Origin: Minisyncoccota bacterium
GTDB lineage: Bacteria; Patescibacteriota; Minisyncoccia; Phycocordibacterales; JACRKE01
Direction: 5' to 3'
Assembly (NCBI GenBank): GCA_041660505.1
Contig: JBAZWG010000001.1
Span: 307,979 to 371,978 of the forward strand
DNA: 64,000 bases
Each line of letters begins with the position of its first letter. Within the stretch, counting starts at the first letter, position 1. Below the pieces are notes generated by a model. The model saw only the letters and a program-made list of their open reading frames with translations. It ran no database searches and was not told the DNA's origin. Below are positions 16,868 to 26,494 of this stretch, piece after piece. The position numbers were made by a program, and so were the translations under genes.

Positions 16868-19800
16868 CTACTTGAGCGAGGCTTTCAAGGCTTGCAGAGC
16901 CTTAAGAATACTGGCAAGTTGTAGATTCATACTCTTCGTATTTAACGATGCTGCCGCCGCCGTAACCGTAAAGTTAGCGGTAGCCCTTCCACCATCAGGG
17001 TTTGTGACAACAACTTCCTTGCTTCCGGCTGCGGTAATGTTGCTACCGAGTACTTGAGCAACCATCCAAGTGCTAGATCGTGCCCTTCCACTGCCATCCG
17101 ACGATAGAACTTGATTTACCGGCACTCCACCAAAGGTGACGGTGGAATTGAGGGCAAAGTTGGTTCCATTAATAGTTAGCCAGAAATATGAGGGGTTTGA
17201 GCCGGCAACGAGTGTTGCCGGAGAGAGCGAGGTGATGGTGGGAGTAGTGGCGGCAGGCGTGACAACCGTGAATACTGATGGTAGTCTCACATAGCCACCT
17301 GCGGACTGATAGACTATTAAACCATAACTGCCGGGTAGGAAATTGGTTGGTATATCCCAAGTCACACTATTGCCAGTAATATTTTGGGCAATATAGATAT
17401 TGCTTGGCCCCTCTGTCGCTAACGTAATAGGGCCTGTAGAACCGGCGGGTACTCTTGTAAAACCAACTGTTACCCTAGAGCCTGGATTTATTATGCTACC
17501 TGATGCTGGTGTGACTGTGATACCGCTTACCGAGGTGGTGGGGATGGGGGTAGCGGAGACCACTGTGTAATCCACTGTCACTGTATTCCCTATCTGTGCG
17601 CCTGACCTCTGCAATTTCCACTGTCGACTGATTGCTCCGAGATTACTCGTACCTTCAGTGAGGAATGTCACGGTGTAGCTTCCATCGCTATTTCGCACCA
17701 CCGTACTGCAGTTTGAATTACTCTGCAAAGAGATAGAACTGCACACCTGACCTCCGTTAAACTCCGGTCCTCTGTATAGATTAACATCGTTACCCCACAC
17801 CGCCGTACCTGTGTTTTTCACAGTGATAGTCGGTCGGAATGTACTGTTTTGAACCACATTTTTGTTCGCCGGAACTCCACCTACTGTGAGAGTCGCTTGA
17901 TAGGTAGGTTCAGCGACAACTGGGGCTCCATACTGCACATCGGCCTGGTAGTACCAACCTGACACCTGCGTGTCACCGTTATATGCGACTACGACATAGT
18001 GATATTTTGTTCCAAGTACCAGAGTCCTGCCGTTACTACCTGTATCTACACAAGATGGCGCATTCGGGCTGAAGCCGATGGCACAGTCAGTGCTAACGTC
18101 AGACCAGAAATCCTTACGGTCAGAGAGACTCCCGTCTGTCGGGCTAACGACATAGCGCAAGAAAGCGTATCTGTTGTAATTTGGGTGCTTAGGCCAAGTG
18201 AAGGTTATCTTGCCGGCGGTTGTGTCTGCGACTGCTGTGGCGGTGGTCGGTACGGTCTGGGTAGCATCGATAATAATATTCCTTATAGAGGAACATGTGG
18301 TCAAATTCTTTTTACATACGCGTATCTGTAGATTTCCAACAGGAGTATCGCCGCCAGTACCCAGATTCAATGCACCAAGACCTAATTGGATATCGGCCAC
18401 AGAAGTGTTCCAATTTGTAGCACTTGCAGCTTTATATTGAACCGTGGCTAATTCAGTTGAAGAAATTTCGAGAAATGACCACGTTAGTGACACTGATTGA
18501 CCCATAGTGACATGAGCACCCTCAATAGGATTATTTATGGTAATAGACCCCATGATTGTTGGTGTCGTTCCATACACCACATCGGCTTGATATGAGTATT
18601 CACTTGTAGGAACTTGGCTTATGTAGCCGTTCCATGCATATACTTTGTATCGATATTTTGTTCCAAGCACTAGACCTGATTTGTCGACACAAGACGGTGA
18701 GTTACGATCGAAAGAGTTTGAACTGGTTGTGCTTGAACATTCACCAGTGTCTGACCATAAATATTTTTCCACGGCAGATTCCGTACCAGCTGAATTTACC
18801 GTCCTGCGAGAAACAACATATCTATTGTATGTCGGGTGCTTCGGCCAAGTGAATGTAACCTTACCGGCGGTTGTGTCTGCGACCGCGGAAGCCGTTAGGG
18901 TTGTTGGGTTGTTGATTGTAATACCGTCTGTTTTTGCCGTTGCGATTATTAAGCCTTCGGGATGGACCGTGGCATCAGCGAGGGCGATACTAAGCAGATA
19001 TTCACCTGCTGGGATTGCATTAGTATTCGGTAAAGTCCAGCTCATTGTCCCGGCTGATGCGATTGGATGAGCACTCAAACCGACGTCTTGCTGTGGTAGC
19101 CCGGTGTCGCTACCTACTGGATACAGCGATACCACCACAAATAGATTATGATTTGTCGGCAAATTTGTAGTCGTCCAATTTACTGCGTAAGTAGCACCTT
19201 TCTGTAAACGGTTGCCACCGCTCGGTCCAGTAATTGTGATTGTCGGGGAAACCGGCGCTGTCGCAGTCAGGCGGGTCCCTGTACCGTATACAGTCCCTGC
19301 GGAACGCAATTGAATCAAACCTGCATCTGCGCTGTCGATCTTTCCGTCATCGTTTACATCACACGACCTACTGGCCGGACATGAGAATCCGGGTTTATTT
19401 ATGGAAAGGTTGTACATAAACGACACATCCGTGCTGGTGAATGCGCCGTCGCCGTTCACATCAAATGTTGAATCGGGAACATTAATGACTCCATTGTCCA
19501 ATCTGGCTCCCTGACCAAACTTAGCTTGCGAAAGCCTCGATGCCATGAGTGCCGTATCGCTGTCGTCCACTTTTCCATCTCCATTCAAATCACACTTCTC
19601 TATCGTACAGACAGATGTTTTGCCGAGAGTGAAGTTGATTATATTCTGCTGATCTGAAGAATCTACTCTGCCGTTTGCATTTATATCGAGAGCACTGTCG
19701 AGAAGTTTGATGTCTCCGGTGTTTGTCGGGACAAAACGTGCACCGGTACCAAATATCATGTTGGTGCCCATAGTTCTGTAAACCATAAGCTGTGAGTCAA

Positions 19801-20722
19801 CTATGTCAACAACACCGTCTTTGTTTAGATCGCACTTATTGGGCGTGCAAGCAGACTGCGTGCCGGCAATATAATTCTCTAAGGTTTGTACATCACTAGG
19901 AGAGACTCTTCCGTCGTTGTTTAGATCCAAATTAGCATCCGGCACGAGAATCTGTGCCACAGGCAGAACAGGCGTCTTTCCCGCTATATAATTTTGAATT
20001 ACCTTCAGGTCAATTTGGTCTACTCTAGTATCACCGTTTAAATCACAAGAGAGAATTGGGCATGTCTCTTGTCCATTAATAACTTTCTTCATGAGGTCAA
20101 TACTGCGCTGGTCTGCATGCCCTGTACCGGCTAGGTCATAATTCTGAAGAAGGTAGAACTGCGGTACGGCGATACTGCCTGCAGATGTCTCGATGGTAAC
20201 CTGACATGCCGGCGGGGTACCGCCTGCCGTATTCGCGCGCGGACAATCCGGAGTCTCGTGCAATTCCGGAATGACGAATTGGAGTCTTGTGCCATTACCG
20301 GTCGAGGAGACGTTCTCTACCCGCTTGCCGCCTATGACTACCGTGTCGGTAGCGTCGAAGTTGCGTCCGGTGATTACCACTGTCATGCCCGGCTCGCCCA
20401 TATAAGGCGTTATTGCAAAAACGGTTGGTTTGGAAGTCAGTAATCCTTGCAATGACTGGATGGCACTATAGAGTGCGGAGCTGATGAGGTTTTCGTAGTT
20501 TATTCTCTGGGTGTTTGTAATCTCGGGCGAATTGCGGACAAGATCGAGTAGATCATAGCCAGTAGTAATACTATTACAGGCCGACCGCATGCCGGCAGAC
20601 GGATTGTTGGCCAGAATAGTTGTGCATTGGCTCCGCGCATCGGCAGACACGCTGTGCGGGAATACGGTAACAGACACGAAAACAAGACCTGCCAGAAGGA
20701 GGCCTCCTAAAAGTTTTTTCAT
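16868..20722 (-). CDS. Giant secreted surface protein with IPT/TIG-like, Ig/FN3-like and about seven dockerin-like Ca-binding repeats
   Basis: The true start MKKLLGGLLLAGLVFVSVTV is a signal peptide with its ATG at 20720-20722. The track ORF runs to 20905 through the upstream gene. It carries repeats of the form CDLNGDTRVDQIDLKVIQNYIAGK and CDLNKDGVVDIVDSQL. It ends ...QLASILKALQALKASLK. Confidence 0.8.
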   Translation of the reverse strand: MKKLLGGLLLAGLVFVSVTVFPHSVSADARSQCTTILANNPSAGMRSACNSITTGYDLLDLVRNSPEITNTQRINYENLISSALYSAIQSLQGLLTSKPTVFAITPYMGEPGMTVVITGRNFDATDTVVIGGKRVENVSSTGNGTRLQFVIPELHETPDCPRANTAGGTPPACQVTIETSAGSIAVPQFYLLQNYDLAGTGHADQRSIDLMKKVINGQETCPILSCDLNGDTRVDQIDLKVIQNYIAGKTPVLPVAQILVPDANLDLNNDGRVSPSDVQTLENYIAGTQSACTPNKCDLNKDGVVDIVDSQLMVYRTMGTNMIFGTGARFVPTNTGDIKLLDSALDINANGRVDSSDQQNIINFTLGKTSVCTIEKCDLNGDGKVDDSDTALMASRLSQAKFGQGARLDNGVINVPDSTFDVNGDGAFTSTDVSFMYNLSINKPGFSCPASRSCDVNDDGKIDSADAGLIQLRSAGTVYGTGTRLTATAPVSPTITITGPSGGNRLQKGATYAVNWTTTNLPTNHNLFVVVSLYPVGSDTGLPQQDVGLSAHPIASAGTMSWTLPNTNAIPAGEYLLSIALADATVHPEGLIIATAKTDGITINNPTTLTASAVADTTAGKVTFTWPKHPTYNRYVVSRRTVNSAGTESAVEKYLWSDTGECSSTTSSNSFDRNSPSCVDKSGLVLGTKYRYKVYAWNGYISQVPTSEYSYQADVVYGTTPTIMGSITINNPIEGAHVTMGQSVSLTWSFLEISSTELATVQYKAASATNWNTSVADIQLGLGALNLGTGGDTPVGNLQIRVCKKNLTTCSSIRNIIIDATQTVPTTATAVADTTAGKITFTWPKHPNYNRYAFLRYVVSPTDGSLSDRKDFWSDVSTDCAIGFSPNAPSCVDTGSNGRTLVLGTKYHYVVVAYNGDTQVSGWYYQADVQYGAPVVAEPTYQATLTVGGVPANKNVVQNSTFRPTITVKNTGTAVWGNDVNLYRGPEFNGGQVCSSISLQSNSNCSTVVRNSDGSYTVTFLTEGTSNLGAISRQWKLQRSGAQIGNTVTVDYTVVSATPIPTTSVSGITVTPASGSIINPGSRVTVGFTRVPAGSTGPITLATEGPSNIYIAQNITGNSVTWDIPTNFLPGSYGLIVYQSAGGYVRLPSVFTVVTPAATTPTITSLSPATLVAGSNPSYFWLTINGTNFALNSTVTFGGVPVNQVLSSDGSGRARSSTWMVAQVLGSNITAAGSKEVVVTNPDGGRATANFTVTAAAASLNTKSMNLQLASILKALQALKASLK

Positions 20723-20825
20723 AATATATTGTTGCCTCGATGGGCTAATTAATTGCACTAAATATAATAATAAAGAGACGAGGTAAGTGTACCTCGTCTC
20801 TTTAGATGTGACAAGTTGATAAAAA

Positions 20826-21239
20826 TTACAGCGTTGTTTCGATAATTTCAACAAATTCTTCGATATCTCGGTATCGCTTCGTGAGCACATCGTACAGAAT
20901 GTCATAATTCACTTTTACATAATCATGCGCTATCACATTTCGAAATCCGACCATTTTCACCAATCTTTCCGATAGGTCATGCGGAATAACGTTATTCTCA
21001 TCGAGAACATAGAATGTTTCGCTCAAGGTGGTCGGCTTCCTTAATCTCTTGTAAGCAACTACCGCCTCGGCAAGATCGATCGTACTCTGGGCCATGAGAT
21101 ACAAATACCGCTCCACGGCTCCGCGTATCGTTTCATCAGCTACAATTTCTTCTTGTGATAACGTTCGATATCGGGCAATGGCTGTCAGATACTTACGCAC
21201 AAAGCCGATCATATTTTCAAGCACTATTTTATTCGACAT
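20826..21239 (-). CDS. HEPN-domain toxin (HepT/DUF86-like)
   Basis: 137 aa. It has the R-x4-HxY motif (GFRNVIAHDYV) and overlaps the upstream MNT gene by 11 nt. Confidence 0.75.
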   Translation of the reverse strand: MSNKIVLENMIGFVRKYLTAIARYRTLSQEEIVADETIRGAVERYLYLMAQSTIDLAEAVVAYKRLRKPTTLSETFYVLDENNVIPHDLSERLVKMVGFRNVIAHDYVKVNYDILYDVLTKRYRDIEEFVEIIETTL

Positions 21240-21633
21240 ATACTTTTTTTGTTAAGCCATGGCGCAATAGTATCTTCCGAAAATCAAAATATTCATTTAA
21301 AATCTTTGGTTCTGTAAGTACACGGAACGGTTCACGCTCAAAGATAATCTCTCCTTCGGCAATAGCCGCATACTTGAGTTCTGGAGAAATAGCATCGTTC
21401 AAGATCACAAGGTCAACGGCGTCGACTTTTAGAATGTAAGATAGGTCGGCTAAGAGCTTGAGTTTGAGGTCGCTCCGTTCTAGCGAAGACAGTTTATCGA
21501 ACTGGACGGCGAAGTCATAATCGCTCATCGGCCCCGCGTCGCCGCGCGCGCGCGAGCCGAAGAAGTACGCAACAACTACTTGCGGGCAGGCGCTAAAGAC
21601 CTCTGTTATCTTACGTTTGGTGGCAGTATCCAT
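21229..21633 (-). CDS. Minimal nucleotidyltransferase (MntA-like antitoxin)
   Basis: It has VVAYFFGSRARGDAGPMSDYDFAV (GS-x9-DxD). The start is placed at MDTATK at 21633. Confidence 0.75.
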   Translation of the reverse strand: MDTATKRKITEVFSACPQVVVAYFFGSRARGDAGPMSDYDFAVQFDKLSSLERSDLKLKLLADLSYILKVDAVDLVILNDAISPELKYAAIAEGEIIFEREPFRVLTEPKILNEYFDFRKILLRHGLTKKVYVE

Positions 21634-21704
21634 AGTGTTAGTCCTAAAACAGACAAGGCCATTGTACCTTGTCTGTTTTGTTATCACAAGTTTATACTAC
21701 TTTC

Positions 21705-24575
21705 TTACTTCACCATTGCCTTGAGCGCCCGCAGCGCAGAGATGATACTCGCGAGTTGCGAGGATGCGGTGGCCGTACTAGATGGCGTAGCGCCTGCCTT
21801 GTTAGACCAGCCAGTGAGTGCTGTATCATTTTGCCAAGCGGAGACCGCATAGTAATAGGTAGTGCCATTGGTCAGACCCGTATCGGTATAGCTTGTCGCT
21901 CCGCCTTCTACCCAGATTACTTGAATAGGGTCAGTCCCCCAGCGCATCGTTGACACCGTACTTCGGTATAGCGAGTATTTCGTTGCGTTAGGATAAGTGC
22001 TCCAAGAAAGCGAGATTCTACCATTACCAACAGTCGGCACGTTCACAACCGGCGTACCGGATATTGCAGAATCGGCGAACGGGGCGGGCGCAAGAACAGT
22101 AAGAGCCGATTGTGCCGAAGCAACCGTTGTGGCAAGTGTACCCATACAATAGCCGAAACAGGCATTGCTTGGCGTGTACAATACTGCGCGTAACGATGTT
22201 TGCCCGGCAGACAGATTACACAAAGTTTCCACATCTGCAAGACACTGTCCGTTCAATGCAGGCACTTGCCAAGTACGCGTTCCGCTCGTAGACAATCCGT
22301 CACCGATAGATTGATGAAATGGCTGATTGCCAACCAAGAGCCTTACAGCACTGTCTGCTGGCGCATTGGTTGATTGCCAAGAAATAGTTACTGTATCGCC
22401 CGGACAAACGGACGTACTACTTAAGTTCGTAATTGCAATAGACGGTGTCGCAGCGGTTGGGGCCGTCATGCTCGCGATATTACTTGCAGAGTTCTGTGTC
22501 GAACGGTCTGGCCCAAGCGGGAATAATTTATAATAATATGTGCCTGTCCAACCGGCCGCACGATGATCGGTGAATGATGTGGCGGAGGGAGACAAACCGA
22601 ATGCCAGCGCCTTGGTGGCAGTGTTGTTGAGCGGAACCGAAGAATCTGATGAAATATAAAGGTCGTAACCCTGTGCGCCTGAAGCTGGCGACCATGCTAC
22701 CAGAACACTCGTACCATCACTTTGCACAGATGCATGCAGGTCGGTAACATAAGCGGGACGAACGGGCGTACCGGACGTGACGTTAAAGGTTACGCTCCAT
22801 GTGCCCGAGTTCGTATAACTGATAGAATTTACTGTAATGTTTACCGGCGTGAATCCGGAAGCCACGCCGATATTCTTCGTCTGTCCTTCATAGAGATAGT
22901 CTGAATCCGCGAGTAATGTACCCGCACTGGTATAGAACTTAAACTTCACTTCAATCGGTCCATCACCGCCCATAGAATCCGCACTGTCTGCGTAGAGAAC
23001 CAGGCCATTATTGAGGAGGAGCGAGTCCCAGCTATGCAGTGTCTTCGTACCCTCACCGGTAAAGGTTGGGGTAACTGTAAATGTTTTACAGAAGTCGGTA
23101 GGATTAGTGCTTGAGAAGTCAATTCGAGCGCACACAGTATTAGGACCGGGAAGTGTCAAGCCAGAGGTGGCGGTACGTTGCGTAGTCGCACCGGGCGCAA
23201 TAGTCGGAATCGTGTCGGTTGATCCATTCAAGGTAAAGCTCGTCGGCACAGACGCAGTTGTCCCGTTATTCTTTATGGTTGCCGTCCAGGTAGCAGTCAC
23301 CCCGCCCAAAATCGGGTTGGCACTGGCCGTAATGTCAATGACACTAAGACCCGAGCTCGATGTGCCGCCGGTGATAGTAAACGGTGCATCGCTCTTATCT
23401 TCCACAGTGCCCGTGCCATCGCTCTTGTAGCCGATGATATAAATCTTGAAGATTGCACCGTTGCCCAAGTCACTCGCGGAGATAAACTGCGAAGGAACCC
23501 ACGAAAGGCTCCCTTGTCCTCCTATGCCTCCCACAGAGATATCGCGTCCAATCCAGGCGTAGGATGCATCATTGCGATAGAGCGCAATGGATACGCTGGA
23601 AAGATTGTTTGGTGCGTATGTAATCGTCTGATTGCCGGACAACGAGAAAGACTCACCGCCATTCGGAGAGATTACCTTAATACTTGCAGGCTGATTGTTG
23701 ATAACTACACCAGCAGGGCCATTAACATAGTCGCCCGCGGTCCCTTCTACTGGACTGGATGAATTGCACCACAACGAGACACTATAGGTATTTGGAGTTA
23801 TGTGTAAGGTTCGACTTCCGGAGGATCCGACATTGTCGTATTGCACATATTCAGCATTTTGATTGCTGTTTACACTCATTGAACAGTTAGCGGCATTGGA
23901 TGACCACGTCGCAGATACATCACGGCCGGCTGCAGGGACACTCGTGATCGCATTGTGCGAACCGTCAAGACTCAAAGTTGCGTGGATCGTCCCGGTTGAA
24001 ACCAATCTAAACGGATTATTACTGCGATCGGTTTCGCCGGTCACCGTATTCACAAGGCGGACATAATAGCCATCGCCGGGAGTTGGTAGGTTACCATAGG
24101 TATCCAAATCGCCAGACCAGTGGATTGAGGCCTTGCCTGACTCGATAATCTTGCCGAGGGTTATAAAATTGCCGTTCACTCGCTTCTCAAGATAAGCGTT
24201 TACTTGTGAAATTGCCGGGTTGATACCATTGTCCGGATCATACGGTGTCCATAATATGGTGTGGGTGTCACCGAGTTGCCACTGTTCACCGCCGTTTGGC
24301 ACGGTCAGCCTAAGCGACGAACTCTGTCTCCAACCTCCGCCTCCTTGCCCTTGTGCAATGAGCTGATTAACTAATACCTGGAGTGCCAGCGCCTGCTTTA
24401 ACAAATTAACTTGGGCCTGGAGTTCTGCAACGGTGCCACCGGGCATACTGTACACTTCATTTATTAATGCTTGTACCTGCGCTTGCAACTCTGCTGCCGT
24501 CGCCGCGTGAACTGCCGGCGCGCCGGACACGAAAACAAGACCTGCCAAAAGGAGGCCTCCTAAAAGTTTTTTCAT
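21705..24575 (-). CDS. Giant secreted surface protein (paralog of the 16868 gene), rich in Ig/FN3-like beta domains
   Basis: True start MKKLLGGLLLAGLVFVSGAPAVHA at 24575. The signal peptide and 5' UTR are near-identical to the 20722 gene. An N-terminal coiled-coil region is present (AELQAQVQALINEV...). It ends SSQLASIISALRALKAMVK. Confidence 0.8.
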   Translation of the reverse strand: MKKLLGGLLLAGLVFVSGAPAVHAATAAELQAQVQALINEVYSMPGGTVAELQAQVNLLKQALALQVLVNQLIAQGQGGGGWRQSSSLRLTVPNGGEQWQLGDTHTILWTPYDPDNGINPAISQVNAYLEKRVNGNFITLGKIIESGKASIHWSGDLDTYGNLPTPGDGYYVRLVNTVTGETDRSNNPFRLVSTGTIHATLSLDGSHNAITSVPAAGRDVSATWSSNAANCSMSVNSNQNAEYVQYDNVGSSGSRTLHITPNTYSVSLWCNSSSPVEGTAGDYVNGPAGVVINNQPASIKVISPNGGESFSLSGNQTITYAPNNLSSVSIALYRNDASYAWIGRDISVGGIGGQGSLSWVPSQFISASDLGNGAIFKIYIIGYKSDGTGTVEDKSDAPFTITGGTSSSGLSVIDITASANPILGGVTATWTATIKNNGTTASVPTSFTLNGSTDTIPTIAPGATTQRTATSGLTLPGPNTVCARIDFSSTNPTDFCKTFTVTPTFTGEGTKTLHSWDSLLLNNGLVLYADSADSMGGDGPIEVKFKFYTSAGTLLADSDYLYEGQTKNIGVASGFTPVNITVNSISYTNSGTWSVTFNVTSGTPVRPAYVTDLHASVQSDGTSVLVAWSPASGAQGYDLYISSDSSVPLNNTATKALAFGLSPSATSFTDHRAAGWTGTYYYKLFPLGPDRSTQNSASNIASMTAPTAATPSIAITNLSSTSVCPGDTVTISWQSTNAPADSAVRLLVGNQPFHQSIGDGLSTSGTRTWQVPALNGQCLADVETLCNLSAGQTSLRAVLYTPSNACFGYCMGTLATTVASAQSALTVLAPAPFADSAISGTPVVNVPTVGNGRISLSWSTYPNATKYSLYRSTVSTMRWGTDPIQVIWVEGGATSYTDTGLTNGTTYYYAVSAWQNDTALTGWSNKAGATPSSTATASSQLASIISALRALKAMVK

Positions 24576-24621
24576 GATATGTTGTTGCCCTGAAGGGTAA
24601 TTAATTGACAATGTGCTTATA

Positions 24622-24649
24622 ATATCACCCCCCCCCCGGCGAGTCACAA
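24622..24649 (-). promoter_or_regulatory. Candidate promoter with a G10 homopolymer in the -35/-10 spacer (phase-variation candidate)
   Basis: The minus strand reads ttgtga-ctcgccgggggggggg-tgatattataag, about 50 nt upstream of the MKKLL start. The C10 run lies at plus-strand coordinates 24628-24637. Confidence 0.5.
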
Positions 24650-24784
24650 GGGGACAAATGCGAATTTCAGATCATTTTAAAGACAAAACTGCTGGTTTTA
24701 TCTCCCGCACATATCTCTCATATACCGGAATGATCGAGCAATGACAAATATTTCTCGGCATTCTCTCTGTGTATAATATTGATT

Positions 24785-25174
24785 TTATAGTGTTTGTAAA
24801 TACTGACGCCTTAATGCCAGCAACTTCTTTGATTCCCAATAAAGATCATACACGTACACGGCAAAACGGTCGAACCACCCGGGCTCGCGTTCATAGAGCA
24901 ATATCCCATCCTCTATAGCTCCTCGTTGATATATCGGCGACATTTGGGCTAGTTGTGCAACTTCGACATCTATAGCCATCTTTTGAGAGATTGCCGCCGC
25001 AATCTGACCGACTTCAATTGTGCTAAGTTCAGATTTTACAGCAATACCGATATCAATATCACTTAATCTATTCGCATCCCCTCTCGCTTGCGAACCGAAG
25101 AGAATCGCCGCCTGTAAATCATACTGCGGGGCTATTTCGGCGATAGTTTTCCGTAATAATTCCGTATCTATCAT
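24785..25174 (-). CDS. Minimal nucleotidyltransferase (MntA-like), with no intact HEPN partner
   Basis: It has AAILFGSQARGDANRLSDIDIGIAV. Downstream, 24660-24784 holds only a short remnant ORF. Confidence 0.7.
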   Translation of the reverse strand: MIDTELLRKTIAEIAPQYDLQAAILFGSQARGDANRLSDIDIGIAVKSELSTIEVGQIAAAISQKMAIDVEVAQLAQMSPIYQRGAIEDGILLYEREPGWFDRFAVYVYDLYWESKKLLALRRQYLQTL

Positions 25175-25219
25175 ATCTACCAGTATATTGCCTTTCTAGC
25201 CTTGGCGCAAGAAGAAATT

Positions 25220-26494
25220 CTAGTAGCTATAATACGCCGATGTCGTAAACGTATTGATCGGGCTGTAGACCGGTGTGCCGGTGCTAAGTGATGCGACTAG
25301 GCGGTATTGATACACAGTACCCGGCTGGAGATATGTGACCGGCGCGCTCACAGGTATTATGCCGGCCTGGAAGGTATTGTTGGTCTTGTTCGTGCGCATG
25401 ACGGTGTTTGCATTGGTCACATCGGTGCCATATTCGAACCATGTCCAGACGGTGTCACCGCTTGTGTTGGTGAGATTGACGGTGCCGTTAACAGTCGCGC
25501 TGTTTGGCGTGATGTTTGTTGCTTGGGTTGTCGCTGTAGAGCTAATCGCGCTCGTCACGACATTATTGTAGCCGTAGTTATATCCATACGCGTTGGTCGG
25601 TGTAGTTACAACAACCGGTGCCGACACCACAGAAACTTGCGAACAGTCGCTCGTAACACACGCGTAAACTACGTAGGTATGCGTACTGTTGGGAACCAAG
25701 TTACTAACCTGCAACGTTTTATTGGATGTAACTGATATCACACTAGACTGATTGTTCGGCAAGACCTCTACAACCTTGAACGAATAGATACCCGTCGTGT
25801 TATACCAAGTCAGCACAACGGAATTCGGCATAAGGGATGACGCCGTAAGGCTAAATGGTGCGCCAGCCGTTACCACTGACACGCCGTTATATCCGGTCGT
25901 CCCATTATCTACTTGGAAATAGAGCGTATTACTGCCGGTGCCGTCTGGCTTACGCAAGCGAACACCGTAGTTCCCCGGTGTGACCGGTGATGCGCAGGCG
26001 TTCTGATCTATCGAAGGATTGGAGCAAGGATATTTGATCGTCGTTGGGAAGATGAAGCCGAAGCCCGGGTCGACTACGTCGACAGTAACATAAGACTGCC
26101 CCGGCGGGATAATTTCTATCCTGTCATTCACGGTGATGTTACTGCCCTGGAAGTTGACTCGGACGCCGGCCATACCTGATGACGGCGAGAGCATTGAGAG
26201 ATACGGCGCCGGCAAAGAAATGACCGGCGGTGTCATCGGCGGGTAATTCGTGGTGCCAGACTGGGAGTTGGTATAGCTCGCGTTATTGACTTGAAGTTGT
26301 AACTGGAGCGCCTGTTGGAGGAGCTGAATCTTCTGGGTCAATTGTTCATTGGTGTCGCTAGGTAGTGACTGCACAAGATTCAAAATATACTGCACCTGCG
26401 CCTTCTGGCTGTCCATTGTAGGGTTATACATCTGGGCCGAGGCCGTAAGAGGCAAGAGCATCGCGCACAAAATATAAAGGGTGTATTTTTTCAT
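25220..26494 (-). CDS. Secreted protein with an N-terminal coiled coil and an IPT/TIG-like domain
   Basis: It has the signal peptide MKKYTLYILCAMLLPLTASA, then QVQYILNLVQSLPSDTNEQLTQKIQLLQQALQLQLQ and LSPSSGMAGVRVNFQGSNITVNDRIEI. Confidence 0.7.
   Translation of the reverse strand: MKKYTLYILCAMLLPLTASAQMYNPTMDSQKAQVQYILNLVQSLPSDTNEQLTQKIQLLQQALQLQLQVNNASYTNSQSGTTNYPPMTPPVISLPAPYLSMLSPSSGMAGVRVNFQGSNITVNDRIEIIPPGQSYVTVDVVDPGFGFIFPTTIKYPCSNPSIDQNACASPVTPGNYGVRLRKPDGTGSNTLYFQVDNGTTGYNGVSVVTAGAPFSLTASSLMPNSVVLTWYNTTGIYSFKVVEVLPNNQSSVISVTSNKTLQVSNLVPNSTHTYVVYACVTSDCSQVSVVSAPVVVTTPTNAYGYNYGYNNVVTSAISSTATTQATNITPNSATVNGTVNLTNTSGDTVWTWFEYGTDVTNANTVMRTNKTNNTFQAGIIPVSAPVTYLQPGTVYQYRLVASLSTGTPVYSPINTFTTSAYYSY

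Noticed and set aside
24660-24784. Possible HEPN partner gene downstream of the MNT at 24785-25174
   Set aside because: Only a ~46-codon ORF with no R-x4-HxY motif is present. It is treated as a decayed remnant rather than a gene.
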